Shown here piece by piece: positions 1-9,421 of a stretch of 64,000 bases of DNA. Every line of letters starts with the position of its first letter. The first letter of the stretch is position 1. Both the position numbers and the translations under genes were made by a program. Origin of the DNA: Acutalibacteraceae bacterium (lineage in GTDB: Bacteria; Bacillota; Clostridia; Oscillospirales; Acutalibacteraceae). Below the pieces are notes generated by a model. It saw only the letters and a list, made by a program, of their open reading frames with translations, did not search any database and was not told the origin of the DNA. The DNA lies in contig JAZNCS010000051.1 of assembly GCA_045587685.1 (NCBI GenBank), positions 17,149-81,148 on the forward strand. Direction: 5' to 3'.

Positions 1-823
1 ACAAGTGAAGCGGAATACCTTGCGGACAAACACGTGAACATTCGCCACAGTCGGTACATCTACCTGCAACGTGGAACGCGCGGATTATGTGGAACATTTT
101 TTCTTCAAAAGAATCAACGTTTGCTTTTTGTGCTGAATCAAATTTTGTGCTATCAAAAACACATTTTCTACAACTACAAGCAGGGCAAACATTTCTACAA
201 GCATTACAACGAATACATTTGCTAAGTTCTTTTTGGAAAAATGCGAACTTTTCTTCAGGCGACATTTTTTCGATTTTTTCGATTTCACTGAAACGCTCTT
301 TATCATTTGTTTCCTTTGATTCGCCTATAAGTTCATCATAAATTTTATGTTCTTTACCCTTACAAACGTGACAACGCTCAAGCAAAGCATCGTTATACTT
401 CATTTGTGAATTACCATAAAGGGTTTCAATTTCGAGGTTATCGCCATTTTCGGTAATATTTAAAATACCGCTAACGCCATTTGCCTTGATTGTTTCAACG
501 TTGAGTTTACCTTTACAGCCAACGCCGATAATATACGCTTTATCGCGATTAACTCTGTGTTCGTTAATAAGTTGGTTAAAGCTATAAGTATCGCAAGGTT
601 TAAGCAATACTAAAGTTTTGCCCTCTAATTTAGAGGCTTCAATCATATATTTGCTTAAGTTTGCACCGCAAAAACCATCATACACAAAGCTTTCTAATTC
701 TTCTGCGTTTTCAAAAAATGCAGGTTCGGGATTATATGCAAAATCGCCTTTTTTCCAACCGAGTACGCGATTTACTGTACCATCGGCCAAAAGTTCTTTT
801 GCACGGGCAATTATTTCTTGCAT
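1..823 (-). CDS. Fe-S protein, N-terminal 274 codons only (runs off window); FlxB/C-, AsrA- or FrhB-like partner of the Hdr/MvhD genes
   Basis: Absent from the ORF track because there is no stop in the window. Reading the minus strand from ATG 823 (GGGGGA RBS upstream) is open to position 1: MQEIIARAKELLADGTVNRVLGWKKGDF... Two ferredoxin motifs, CIRCNACRNVCP and CTDCGECSRVCP. Start overlaps the mvhD stop by 13 nt. Confidence 0.55.
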   Translation of the reverse strand, partial: MQEIIARAKELLADGTVNRVLGWKKGDFAYNPEPAFFENAEELESFVYDGFCGANLSKYMIEASKLEGKTLVLLKPCDTYSFNQLINEHRVNRDKAYIIGVGCKGKLNVETIKANGVSGILNITENGDNLEIETLYGNSQMKYNDALLERCHVCKGKEHKIYDELIGESKETNDKERFSEIEKIEKMSPEEKFAFFQKELSKCIRCNACRNVCPACSCRKCVFDSTKFDSAQKANVDSFEEKMFHIIRAFHVAGRCTDCGECSRVCPQGIPLHL

Positions 824-1248
824 CTTAAATCCCCCAATCTTACATTTTCGCCAAGAGAATGAATTTTTTCTACAAATTCGTTCATTGTAGTTGAAAACTT
901 TACACCCTCAGCCGCAGAAACCCATTCAACACGGGTTCTACCGTTTTCAATACCCATATAATCAAGCATTGAAAATAATAATGTCATTCTTCTACGAGCA
1001 TAGTAGTTACCTGTTGAATAGTGACAGTCACCAGGGTGGCAACCACACATAATAACACCGTCAGCACCCTTTTCAAACGCGCGAAGAATAAACATTGGGT
1101 TTACTCTACAAGAGCAAGGCACTTTTATAATTTTAACATCAGCAGGGTAAGCAAGACGGCTACTACCTGCCAAGTCAGCACCCGCATATGAGCACCAGTT
1201 ACAGCAAAAGGCAACAATTTTCGGTTTAAATTCTTTGTTTATCGACAT
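811..1248 (-). CDS. mvhD: MvhD/FlxD-like iron-sulfur protein (methyl-viologen-reducing hydrogenase delta subunit family)
   Basis: Track ORF 811..1347 trimmed to ATG 1248 (MSINKEFKPKIVAFCCNWCSYAGADLAG...). Cys pattern CCNWC..CSCR..CGCHPGDCHY. Overlaps the hdrA stop. Confidence 0.8.
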   Translation of the reverse strand: MSINKEFKPKIVAFCCNWCSYAGADLAGSSRLAYPADVKIIKVPCSCRVNPMFILRAFEKGADGVIMCGCHPGDCHYSTGNYYARRRMTLLFSMLDYMGIENGRTRVEWVSAAEGVKFSTTMNEFVEKIHSLGENVRLGDLRCKK

Positions 1249-3227
1249 ATTGCATCTACCTCCGCCATAATTTGTAAGTTTGAGAAGCCTTGTAAGTCCA
1301 TAGCGCCCGAAGGACAAGTAACGGTACAAGCACCGCAACCTTGACAAAGCGCATTATTTACAACTGCAACTCTTCTTGTTTCTCTAATTCCGTGGTCATT
1401 AATTTCTTTTTCTTCGTAAGAAATTGCGCCGTAAGGACATACATTAGCACACTTTGAACAACCATTACACAAAAGTTCATCGGATTTTGCAGTGCAAGGG
1501 TTGGTCATTAACTTATCCTTAGCCAACAAACCAATCGCCTTAACTGCCGCAGCACCTGCTTGTGCTACTGTTTCAGGAATATCCTTAGGGCCTTGGCAAA
1601 CGCCCGAAAGGAATATACCCGCTGTTGGAGACTCAACAGGGCGAAGTTTTGCGTGTGCTTCTGTTAAGAAGTTATCGTTATCAATACTAGCCGTTAGCAT
1701 TGTAGCAATTTTTCTAACATCAGGGTTTGGCTCAATAGCAGCCGCTAAAACTACCATATCAGCCTCTTTTAAGATTTGCTTGTTATCAATTAAATCTACG
1801 CCTTGAACTAAAAGTTTTCCATCAGGTTGAGGTATTACCTTACCAACCTGACCTTTAACGTAATTTACACCGTATGTTTCAACTGCACGACGGTAGAATT
1901 CATCAAAGTTTTTACCCGGAGTACGAACGTCAATATAAAATACTGTTACATTAACATCGGGGTACTTATCGCGGATAAGCATTGCGTGTTTTGCAGTATA
2001 CATACAGCAAATTTTAGAGCAATAACCTTTACCTCTATCATCCGCACAACGAGAACCTACACATTGAATAAACACAATTTCTTTAGGTGCTTTACCATCA
2101 GAAAGTCTTTCGAGGTGTCCCTTTGTTGGACCTGCCGCGTTCATAACACGCTCTAATTCTAAAGATGTAATAACATCCTTGCTTTGTGAGTATGCATATT
2201 CATCATATTTGTCGAGTTTAATCATATCAAAGCCGGTAGCAACAACGATTGCGCCGTACTTTTCGGTAACTATTGTATCTACTTGGTCGTAATCAATAGC
2301 ACCTGCCAAGCAAACTGTTGAGCAAAGACCGCATTTGCCTGTTTTAAACTTAATACAAGCATTTCTATCAATAACAGGAACATTAGGAATTGCTTGTGCA
2401 AAAGGAGTGTAAATAGCGCTTCTATTTTCAAGACCGCGGTTAAATTCGCTTGGAGTTTTCTTCATTGGACATTTTTCTTGACAAAGTCCACAACCTGTGC
2501 ACTTATCCATATCAATACTACGTGCTTTTTTGCGAATGTCTACCGAGAAATTACCTACGAAGCCCGAAACATTTTCAACCTCACTATAGGTATGAATTGT
2601 AATGTTTGGATGAGCCGCAGCCTCAACCATTTTTGGTGTTAAAATACACGCCGAACAGTCAAGGGTTGGGAAAGTTTTATCAAGTTGGGACATTCTGCCG
2701 CCGATACTTGGTTCTTTTTCAACAATATCAACAGGGAAACCTGCATCAGCAATATCAAGCGCAGTTTGGATACCTGCAATACCGCCACCTATAACAAGGG
2801 CGCGTTTTACAACACCGCTTTCCCCTGCTTGTAAAGGCGCATTAAGATTTACCTTTGCAATAGCGGCGCGAGCTAAAATAACCGCCTTTTCGGTTGCTTC
2901 ATCTATATCCTTATGTATCCAAGAACAATGCTCACGAATGTTAGCAATTTCTACCATATAAGGATTTATTCCCGCTCTTTCAGCACATTTGCGGAAGGTT
3001 GCTTCGTGCATACGAGGAGAGCAAGAGCAAACAACAAGACCGTTAAGTTTATATTCTTTTACCGCCTCAATAATTTTTGCCTGACCCGCTTCGGAACACA
3101 TATACTGATAATCATCAGCAAAAATAACGCCAGGTTCGGTTTTAATCATTTCAACTACTTTTTTAACATCAACTGTAGCCGCAATATTACTACCACAGTG
3201 ACATACAAATACACCTATTCTTTGCAT
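1239..3227 (-). CDS. hdrA: HdrA-like FAD/Fe-S oxidoreductase (heterodisulfide reductase subunit A family)
   Basis: 662 aa. N-terminus MQRIGVFVCHCGSNIAATVD, GGGIAGIQTALD FAD fold, several CxxCxxCxxxCP clusters. Confidence 0.85.
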   Translation of the reverse strand: MQRIGVFVCHCGSNIAATVDVKKVVEMIKTEPGVIFADDYQYMCSEAGQAKIIEAVKEYKLNGLVVCSCSPRMHEATFRKCAERAGINPYMVEIANIREHCSWIHKDIDEATEKAVILARAAIAKVNLNAPLQAGESGVVKRALVIGGGIAGIQTALDIADAGFPVDIVEKEPSIGGRMSQLDKTFPTLDCSACILTPKMVEAAAHPNITIHTYSEVENVSGFVGNFSVDIRKKARSIDMDKCTGCGLCQEKCPMKKTPSEFNRGLENRSAIYTPFAQAIPNVPVIDRNACIKFKTGKCGLCSTVCLAGAIDYDQVDTIVTEKYGAIVVATGFDMIKLDKYDEYAYSQSKDVITSLELERVMNAAGPTKGHLERLSDGKAPKEIVFIQCVGSRCADDRGKGYCSKICCMYTAKHAMLIRDKYPDVNVTVFYIDVRTPGKNFDEFYRRAVETYGVNYVKGQVGKVIPQPDGKLLVQGVDLIDNKQILKEADMVVLAAAIEPNPDVRKIATMLTASIDNDNFLTEAHAKLRPVESPTAGIFLSGVCQGPKDIPETVAQAGAAAVKAIGLLAKDKLMTNPCTAKSDELLCNGCSKCANVCPYGAISYEEKEINDHGIRETRRVAVVNNALCQGCGACTVTCPSGAMDLQGFSNLQIMAEVDAICR

Positions 3228-3231
3228 ACGC

Positions 3232-3618
3232 TCACCTCCTATATCTTCTAAATGCGCTAACTAATAACTGTTGAGGAGTTTCCTCATCCAAAAGTTCTGG
3301 TATTTCGTTAGGGGATAAAAATGTTTCACCCTTTTGTCTTATAATTAATTGTCTTGCCGCATCAATAAGTTTTGCAGGTTTAACGTCTCTTGGGCAACGT
3401 TCAATACAAGCAAAGCAAGAAAGACATTTCTCTAGTGATTTTGAATTCACCAAAGCTTCAATATCACCATTAACAACGTAAGACACAAATTGGTGTGGTT
3501 TTATATCCATTTCGTTAAATGAAGGGCAAGAAGCCGAACATTTACCGCATTTCATACATTTAAGCGGATTAACACCGCTAATTTCTTTAATTAAGTCAGC
3601 CTTATTTACAGTACTCAT
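3232..3618 (-). CDS. hdrC: HdrC-like 2x[4Fe-4S] subunit
   Basis: 128 aa with CMKCGKCSASCP and CLSCFACIERCP. 4 nt from the hdrA start. Confidence 0.8.
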   Translation of the reverse strand: MSTVNKADLIKEISGVNPLKCMKCGKCSASCPSFNEMDIKPHQFVSYVVNGDIEALVNSKSLEKCLSCFACIERCPRDVKPAKLIDAARQLIIRQKGETFLSPNEIPELLDEETPQQLLVSAFRRYRR

Positions 3619-3619
3619 A

Positions 3620-4399
3620 TTACGCCTCCTTAATTCCTAAAGCTTCTGCCAAAAGTTCTGTAAAGTAAACTACAGGCAACTCGCCGCACTTGTTTAAATT
3701 ATAAAGACAAAGCGGACAAGCAGTTATTAACATTTCAGCGCCAAAGCCTTTAGCACTTTCCATTATCTTTTGACACATATTTTGTGCCTTCTCACCGTCT
3801 TTAAGTGAAATATATCCGCCGCAACATTCATTACGGTAAGGATAAACTACAGGTGTAGCACCTAAAGCTTTAATAAAATCTTCAATAATTGTTGGGTTTT
3901 CAGGATTATCAAAAGCCAAAACCTTGCTTGGTCTTAAAAGAAGGCAACCATAATATGCCGCAATCTTTCTATCTTTGAGTGGGTTTTTAACCGCTTTTTT
4001 AAGATTATCAAAACCAACCCTGTCACGAAGTACTTCCAAGAAATGAAGCACATTTGTTTCACCCATATATGGTTGTTCTAATTGCATATAGTTATTTGCG
4101 CGGTTTCTGATGTCTTCCACATTTTTTATATCATCATTAACACGCTTAATAACGTGGTGACAAGCAGAACAAAGGGTTACTAAATCTTGGCCTTTTTCTT
4201 TTGCATCATTAAGTGCGCGAACCGAAGAAAGTTTAGAACCGATTTCATCGCTTCCGAGCGGATACACACCGCCGCAACATTGCCAATTTTCAATTTCCTC
4301 TAATTCAAAGCCTAACTCTAAAGCCGAAAGCCTTGCATATTTATCTAAATTTTTAGCTTTAGTTTTAAGCGTACAACCCGGATAATAGCTGTATTTCAT
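3620..4399 (-). CDS. hdrB: HdrB-like subunit with two CCG domains
   Basis: 259 aa. Motifs NWQCCGG and NECCGGY plus downstream CxxC. 1 nt from the hdrC start. Confidence 0.8.
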   Translation of the reverse strand: MKYSYYPGCTLKTKAKNLDKYARLSALELGFELEEIENWQCCGGVYPLGSDEIGSKLSSVRALNDAKEKGQDLVTLCSACHHVIKRVNDDIKNVEDIRNRANNYMQLEQPYMGETNVLHFLEVLRDRVGFDNLKKAVKNPLKDRKIAAYYGCLLLRPSKVLAFDNPENPTIIEDFIKALGATPVVYPYRNECCGGYISLKDGEKAQNMCQKIMESAKGFGAEMLITACPLCLYNLNKCGELPVVYFTELLAEALGIKEA

Positions 4400-4420
4400 A
4401 TTCTTACTCCTACTAAAAAA

Positions 4421-5368
4421 TTACAATTCGATTTGTGAAATAATGTCCTTCAATGTTTTAGCACTGTGTCTTAATTGTTCAATTTCTTCTTCGGTCATAT
4501 CCATTGGAATTTTACCTTGTGCACCGTTAGGACCTACGAGTGTAAGTGTGCTTAAGCAAACATCTTCAATGCCGTATTCACCGTGCATCATAGTTGAAAT
4601 TGTTACTATAGAGTTGTGAGATGAGCACAAAATACCGCAAAGGTTTACTACAGAACTTGAAACCGCATAGAATGTAGCGCCTTTTTTGCTGATAATTTCG
4701 CCACCCGACTTACGAACATAGTTGTATAAAGCTTCTTTATCCAACTTAGGAATTTCTTGACCGCAACGCTTAACAACATCAGCATATTCATCAAGTTTTA
4801 CACCTGAAACGTATGCGCTTGACCAAGGGATAAATGAAGTGTCGCCGTGTTCACCGAAAACGTAAGCGTGAATATTCTTTTGAGCAACTTGGAAATGCTC
4901 TGAAAGACCACAACGAAGACGAGCAGTATCAAGAATGGTACCTGAACCGATAACTTGATTTTCAGGAATGCCTGAAATCTTTGTGAAAACGTATGTCATA
5001 ATATCAACAGGGTTACTAACAATTATGTAAAGTGCATTTGGACAAACTGAAACTATTTTTGGAGTGATTTCTTTTAAGATATTAACGTTTGTTTGGGTAA
5101 GTTCAAGTCTTGTTTGACCTGGTTTACGAGCAATACCAGAAGTAATAATTACTATCTCAGAATCTTTTGCATCTTCATAGTCACCGGCTACCAAAGAAAT
5201 AGGGTCTCTAAAGCAGGTACCTTGAGCAATATCCATTACTTCGCCTTCAACCTTTTCTTTGTTAATATCAATTAACACGATTTCAGAAGCCAAGTCTGTA
5301 GCAGATAAGTTGTATGCGATTGTTGAACCTACGCTACCCGCACCGATAATAGTAATTTTGTTATTCAT
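4421..5368 (-). CDS. ldh: NAD-dependent L-lactate dehydrogenase
   Basis: 315 aa. IIGAGSVGS Rossmann motif, SNPVDIMTY, GSGTILDTARLR, GEHGDT. 21 nt upstream of hdrB. Confidence 0.9.
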   Translation of the reverse strand: MNNKITIIGAGSVGSTIAYNLSATDLASEIVLIDINKEKVEGEVMDIAQGTCFRDPISLVAGDYEDAKDSEIVIITSGIARKPGQTRLELTQTNVNILKEITPKIVSVCPNALYIIVSNPVDIMTYVFTKISGIPENQVIGSGTILDTARLRCGLSEHFQVAQKNIHAYVFGEHGDTSFIPWSSAYVSGVKLDEYADVVKRCGQEIPKLDKEALYNYVRKSGGEIISKKGATFYAVSSSVVNLCGILCSSHNSIVTISTMMHGEYGIEDVCLSTLTLVGPNGAQGKIPMDMTEEEIEQLRHSAKTLKDIISQIEL

Positions 5369-5462
5369 AATATTTTCCCCTTTTTGTACAATTTTTTTGT
5401 TAATTTTTTGTATTATTGTGCAGTATGAACAATAATACTTTTTATTACCTTTCCAAATAGCT

Positions 5463-5491
5463 ATTATACCACATTGTTATAAATTTAACAA
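5463..5491 (-). promoter_or_regulatory. ldh operon promoter (extended -10 TGgTATAAT) with overlapping Rex-type operator TTGTTAAATTTATAACAA
   Basis: 18 bp inverted repeat at 5474..5491 matches the clostridial Rex consensus TTGTTAA-N4-TTAACAA in 17 of 18 positions. TATAAT on the minus strand at 5468..5463. Confidence 0.55.
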
Positions 5492-5523
5492 GTATTTTTT
5501 CGCATTTTTTGTAATTTTTTGAA

Positions 5524-5554
5524 GAAAAATAAAAAGCGCCAAAAAAGGCGCTTT
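5524..5554 (-). terminator. intrinsic terminator after glgP
   Basis: AAAGCGCC-6 nt-GGCGCTTT hairpin followed by a T-run on the minus strand. Confidence 0.7.
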
Positions 5555-5558
5555 AAAT

Positions 5559-7904
5559 TCATATTTTCCAAATTTCTTTTGCGTACTCTTTAATTGTTCT
5601 GTCGGACGAAAATTTACCCGCGTTACACATATTAATCCACTGCTTTTTAGCAAATTCTTTTGAGTTTTTAAAATCTTTATTTACCTTAATTTTAGCATTT
5701 AAAAATTCTTCAAAATCAAGCAATAAATAATAGTTGTCAGGCTTGTGCCAAGAAGCGCCCTCTAAAATAGAGGTATAAAGTTCCTTAAAGTCACCTGTAC
5801 CACCATCCGAAAACGTTCCGTCAACCAAGGTATCTAAACAACGTTTAATACGGCTGTCGCTATTATAAAATTCTTTAGGGTTGTAGGTTTCTTTAAGTCT
5901 TTCTATATCCTCTACCCTTGCGCCGAAGATATAGTTATTTTCCTCTCCCGCTTCGTTCACAATTTCGATATTAGCGCCGTCATAAGTGCCAAGGGTTACA
6001 GCACCGTTGAGCATAAGTTTCATATTGCCTGTACCCGAAGCCTCGGTACCTGCAGTTGAAATTTGTTCCGAAACATCGGCGGCGGCAATAATCTTTTCAG
6101 CATAAGAAACGTTGTAATTTGAAACAAAAACAACATTTATATACTTATTAACTTCGCTGTCGTTCTCTATTAGTTTTGCTATTTCATTTATAAACTTTAT
6201 AATTGCCTTTGCACGTTTGTAACCGGGGGCAGATTTCGCACCAAAAATAAAGGTTGTAGGTGTAAAGTCTTTTAATTTTCCCTCTTTAATTTCAAAATAA
6301 AGTTCCAAAATGCAAAGTGCGTTAAGCAACTGGCGTTTATATTCGTGTAAACGCTTAATTTGAACATCAAAAATACTGTCTACACTAATTTGTTTTTTAT
6401 CGCTTAAATAGATATATTCCGCTAACGCCTTTTTATTTGCATTTTTTATTGAAATAAACTTTTGTAAAATTTCGCTGTCGTTAGAATAAACTTCAAGTTT
6501 TTTCAGTTGTTTTAAATCAGTAACCCATCGTTTGCTACCCAAAAGCGAAGTTATAAACTCGCTCAAAGGCGGATTTGTAACCCCTAACCAACGGCGAGGA
6601 GTTATACCATTGGTTTTGTTTTGGAATTTTTGGGGATATATTTTGAACCAATTTTTAAGCACATCTTGTTTTAAAATATCACTGTGAATTTTTGCAACAC
6701 CGTTAATATAGGACGAGCAAAAACAAGCAAGATATGCCATATGCACTCTGTTTTTTTGAACAATTAAAAGTTCGGGCAATTTTTCCTTTTCAACCTTTAA
6801 TTTGCGAAGTTCCTCTTTAAAAAATTTGTTTATATCAACAATAATTTGAGCAATTTCAGTATTTACCTTTTTAATAAGTTTTAAGTCCCATTTTTCTAAA
6901 GCTTCTTGCATTATTGTATGGTTAGTATAGTTAAAGCTTTTCTTGGCGATTTCCAACGCCTCGCTAAACGGCACACCCTCATTAAGAAGCAACCTTATAA
7001 GTTCAGGTATTGAAATTACAGGGTGGGTATCGTTTAACTGAATTGTTACATATTCAGGTATTTTCGAAAAATCTTCACTGTGATTTTCTTTAAAGTTTTT
7101 CAATATATCCTGCATCGAAGCGCTCGAGAAAAAATACTGCTGTTTAAGTCTTAAAAGTTTCCCTTTTTCGGTATTATCATTAGGATAAAGCACTCTTGAA
7201 ATATCTTCGGCTCTGTTTTTTTCTAAAACCGCTTTGTCATATTCACCATTATCAAAAAGCGAAAAATCCAACTGTTCTATCGGTTCTGCTTGCCATAATC
7301 TTAAATTAGAGATATGCTTTTTCTTGTAAGCGATAATCGGCATATCATAAGGCACTGCGTAAACTTGCGCATCGGTAAACTGAACCTTTACCTTTTCAGC
7401 TTCTCTTCTTACCGACCAAGCATCGCCAAAACTTGTCCAATCATCAAGTGCTTCTTTTTGAAACCCATTTTCAAAATATTGCTTAAAAAGACCAAATTTA
7501 TAGCGAATTCCATAACCATCAAGTGGTAACGACAAATTAGCCGCGCTATCCAAAAAACAAGCCGCAAGTCTTCCGAGTCCGCCGTTACCGAGCGCCGCAT
7601 CTTCTATTTCTTCCAAAAAAGAAATATCCAAACTGTAGTCCTTTAAAATTTTCTTTGCTTCGGTGAAATTTTCGGTGCAAAACAAATTGTTATAAATCGC
7701 TCTGCCAACTAAAAATTCCGCCGATAAATAGTAGGCTCTGCGCTTTTCATTGTGTTCTTTTTGAGATTTTTGTGCCACAGGCGCTATATCCGCCATAACC
7801 GCACGGGATAAACAATCGTGAAGTTCGAAAACATTTAATTTTTCAGGTTCTTTTAAATAGTTCGCTCTTGAAAGAACTTCTATGTTATTTCTTAATTTAC
7901 TCAT
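5559..7904 (-). CDS. glgP: glycogen/maltodextrin phosphorylase
   Basis: About 780 aa. EASGTGNMK pyridoxal-phosphate motif. Start placed at the second ATG (MSKLRNN), which has a GAAAGGG RBS; the track start is 7922. Confidence 0.9.
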   Translation of the reverse strand: MSKLRNNIEVLSRANYLKEPEKLNVFELHDCLSRAVMADIAPVAQKSQKEHNEKRRAYYLSAEFLVGRAIYNNLFCTENFTEAKKILKDYSLDISFLEEIEDAALGNGGLGRLAACFLDSAANLSLPLDGYGIRYKFGLFKQYFENGFQKEALDDWTSFGDAWSVRREAEKVKVQFTDAQVYAVPYDMPIIAYKKKHISNLRLWQAEPIEQLDFSLFDNGEYDKAVLEKNRAEDISRVLYPNDNTEKGKLLRLKQQYFFSSASMQDILKNFKENHSEDFSKIPEYVTIQLNDTHPVISIPELIRLLLNEGVPFSEALEIAKKSFNYTNHTIMQEALEKWDLKLIKKVNTEIAQIIVDINKFFKEELRKLKVEKEKLPELLIVQKNRVHMAYLACFCSSYINGVAKIHSDILKQDVLKNWFKIYPQKFQNKTNGITPRRWLGVTNPPLSEFITSLLGSKRWVTDLKQLKKLEVYSNDSEILQKFISIKNANKKALAEYIYLSDKKQISVDSIFDVQIKRLHEYKRQLLNALCILELYFEIKEGKLKDFTPTTFIFGAKSAPGYKRAKAIIKFINEIAKLIENDSEVNKYINVVFVSNYNVSYAEKIIAAADVSEQISTAGTEASGTGNMKLMLNGAVTLGTYDGANIEIVNEAGEENNYIFGARVEDIERLKETYNPKEFYNSDSRIKRCLDTLVDGTFSDGGTGDFKELYTSILEGASWHKPDNYYLLLDFEEFLNAKIKVNKDFKNSKEFAKKQWINMCNAGKFSSDRTIKEYAKEIWKI

Positions 7905-9390
7905 TTTTACCCTTTCTGCCATAAATGTTTGTATAATTTAAAAGTTTTGTTGCTAATTCTTGCCTTTTTTGTTCTTTTGTCATTCTCCATTTCCAATTTT
8001 CGCCAACAGTTGAAGGAGTATTCATTCTGCTTTCACCATCAAGACCTATTAAATCTTGCATAGTCAGTATACACAAATCAGCAACACTCGACATAGCCGC
8101 AACCATTACCTTTTCTGCAATTTCCTCTTTAGAACACTGCAAGTATTTTTTTGTAAATTCCACTTCTTTTTCGTTTAAGGTTTCTACCCAACCAAGCAAA
8201 GTGTCGTTATCGTGTGTGCCGGTATAAACAACGCAATTATTTTTGTAATTATGCGGCAAATATTCGTTTTCCATATCGCCTGAAAAGGCAAATTGTAACA
8301 CCTTCATACCCGGAAAACCGCTTCGTTTTAACATTTTCCTTACGCCGTTTGTTAAAAAACCTAAATCTTCGGCAATAATTGGCACATCGCCAAGTTTTTG
8401 CTTTACAAACCTCCAAAAAGCGATTGAAGGGCCCTTTTTCCACCTACCGTTACAAGCGTTTTTACTGCCGTACTTTATGGTATAATATCCTTCAAAACCT
8501 CTAAAATGGTCTATACGCACTACATCATAAATCTTAAGTGATGCTTCAAGCCTTTTTAACCACCAAGAATAGCGGTCAAACTTCATATAACGCCAATTAT
8601 AAACAGGATTTCCCCACAACTGCCCTTCTTTTGAAAAACTATCAGGCGGGCAACCGGCAACTACTTTAGGCGTTAAATCTTTATTCAAAACAAAATTTTT
8701 GAGGTTAGACCATACATCAGCGCTATCCGCCGCTACATAAATAGGCAAATCTCCAATAATTTTTATCCCGTTTTTATTGGCATATTCTTTTAAAGCAAAC
8801 CACTGTTTAAAGAAAAAATACTGCAAAATTTTATAGTATTCAATTCTTTCTTTGCACTTTTTTCTCCACTTATTTAATGCGGTTTGTTCGCGTTTTTTAA
8901 TGTCTTCATCCCAAAGGGTATACTCTTTACCTAAAAACTCATCTTTTACCGCCATAAAAAGCGCGTAATCTTCTAACCAATAGGAATTTTTAGCACAAAA
9001 ATCAAAAAAATCTTTAGGGATATTATTTTTAAAATTTTGTTGTAACTTTAAAAATACCTTGTTTCTATTTTTGAAAATTAACGGATAATCAACCGTAGTT
9101 TCATTACTTTCCCAAACAATATTTTTATAATCTTCGGGCGCTAAATATCCTTCTTTTGCTAAAATATCAAGGTCGATAAAATACGGATTTCCCGCAAAGG
9201 TAGAAAAACTTTGGTAAGGTGAATCTCCAAAACTTGTTGGACAAATAGGAAGTATTTGCCAATAACTTTGACCGCTTTGCTTTAAAAAATCTACAAACTC
9301 ATATGCCTCTTTACCGAGAGTTCCTATACCGCTATTAGATACAAGCGATGAAATATGCATAAGTACGCCACTTGCTCTTTTAAATTTCAT
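7897..9390 (-). CDS. malQ: 4-alpha-glucanotransferase (amylomaltase)
   Basis: Track ORF trimmed to MKFKRASGVLMHISSL (GAGAGGA RBS). GH77 motifs VRIDHFRGF and GDLPIYV. Confidence 0.9.
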   Translation of the reverse strand: MKFKRASGVLMHISSLVSNSGIGTLGKEAYEFVDFLKQSGQSYWQILPICPTSFGDSPYQSFSTFAGNPYFIDLDILAKEGYLAPEDYKNIVWESNETTVDYPLIFKNRNKVFLKLQQNFKNNIPKDFFDFCAKNSYWLEDYALFMAVKDEFLGKEYTLWDEDIKKREQTALNKWRKKCKERIEYYKILQYFFFKQWFALKEYANKNGIKIIGDLPIYVAADSADVWSNLKNFVLNKDLTPKVVAGCPPDSFSKEGQLWGNPVYNWRYMKFDRYSWWLKRLEASLKIYDVVRIDHFRGFEGYYTIKYGSKNACNGRWKKGPSIAFWRFVKQKLGDVPIIAEDLGFLTNGVRKMLKRSGFPGMKVLQFAFSGDMENEYLPHNYKNNCVVYTGTHDNDTLLGWVETLNEKEVEFTKKYLQCSKEEIAEKVMVAAMSSVADLCILTMQDLIGLDGESRMNTPSTVGENWKWRMTKEQKRQELATKLLNYTNIYGRKGKNE

Positions 9391-9421
9391 ATAATCAATC
9401 CTCTCGGTTATTTTGTGCTGT

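Noticed and set aside
1492-2156. Plus-strand track ORFs (1492..1806, 1827..2156, and similar ones at 2394..2642, 2913..3251, 20340..20621, 21291..21842, 34550..35620 and others) lying inside long genes
   Set aside because: They are antisense or out-of-frame shadows of well-supported genes, have low-complexity composition, no RBS and no recognisable motifs.
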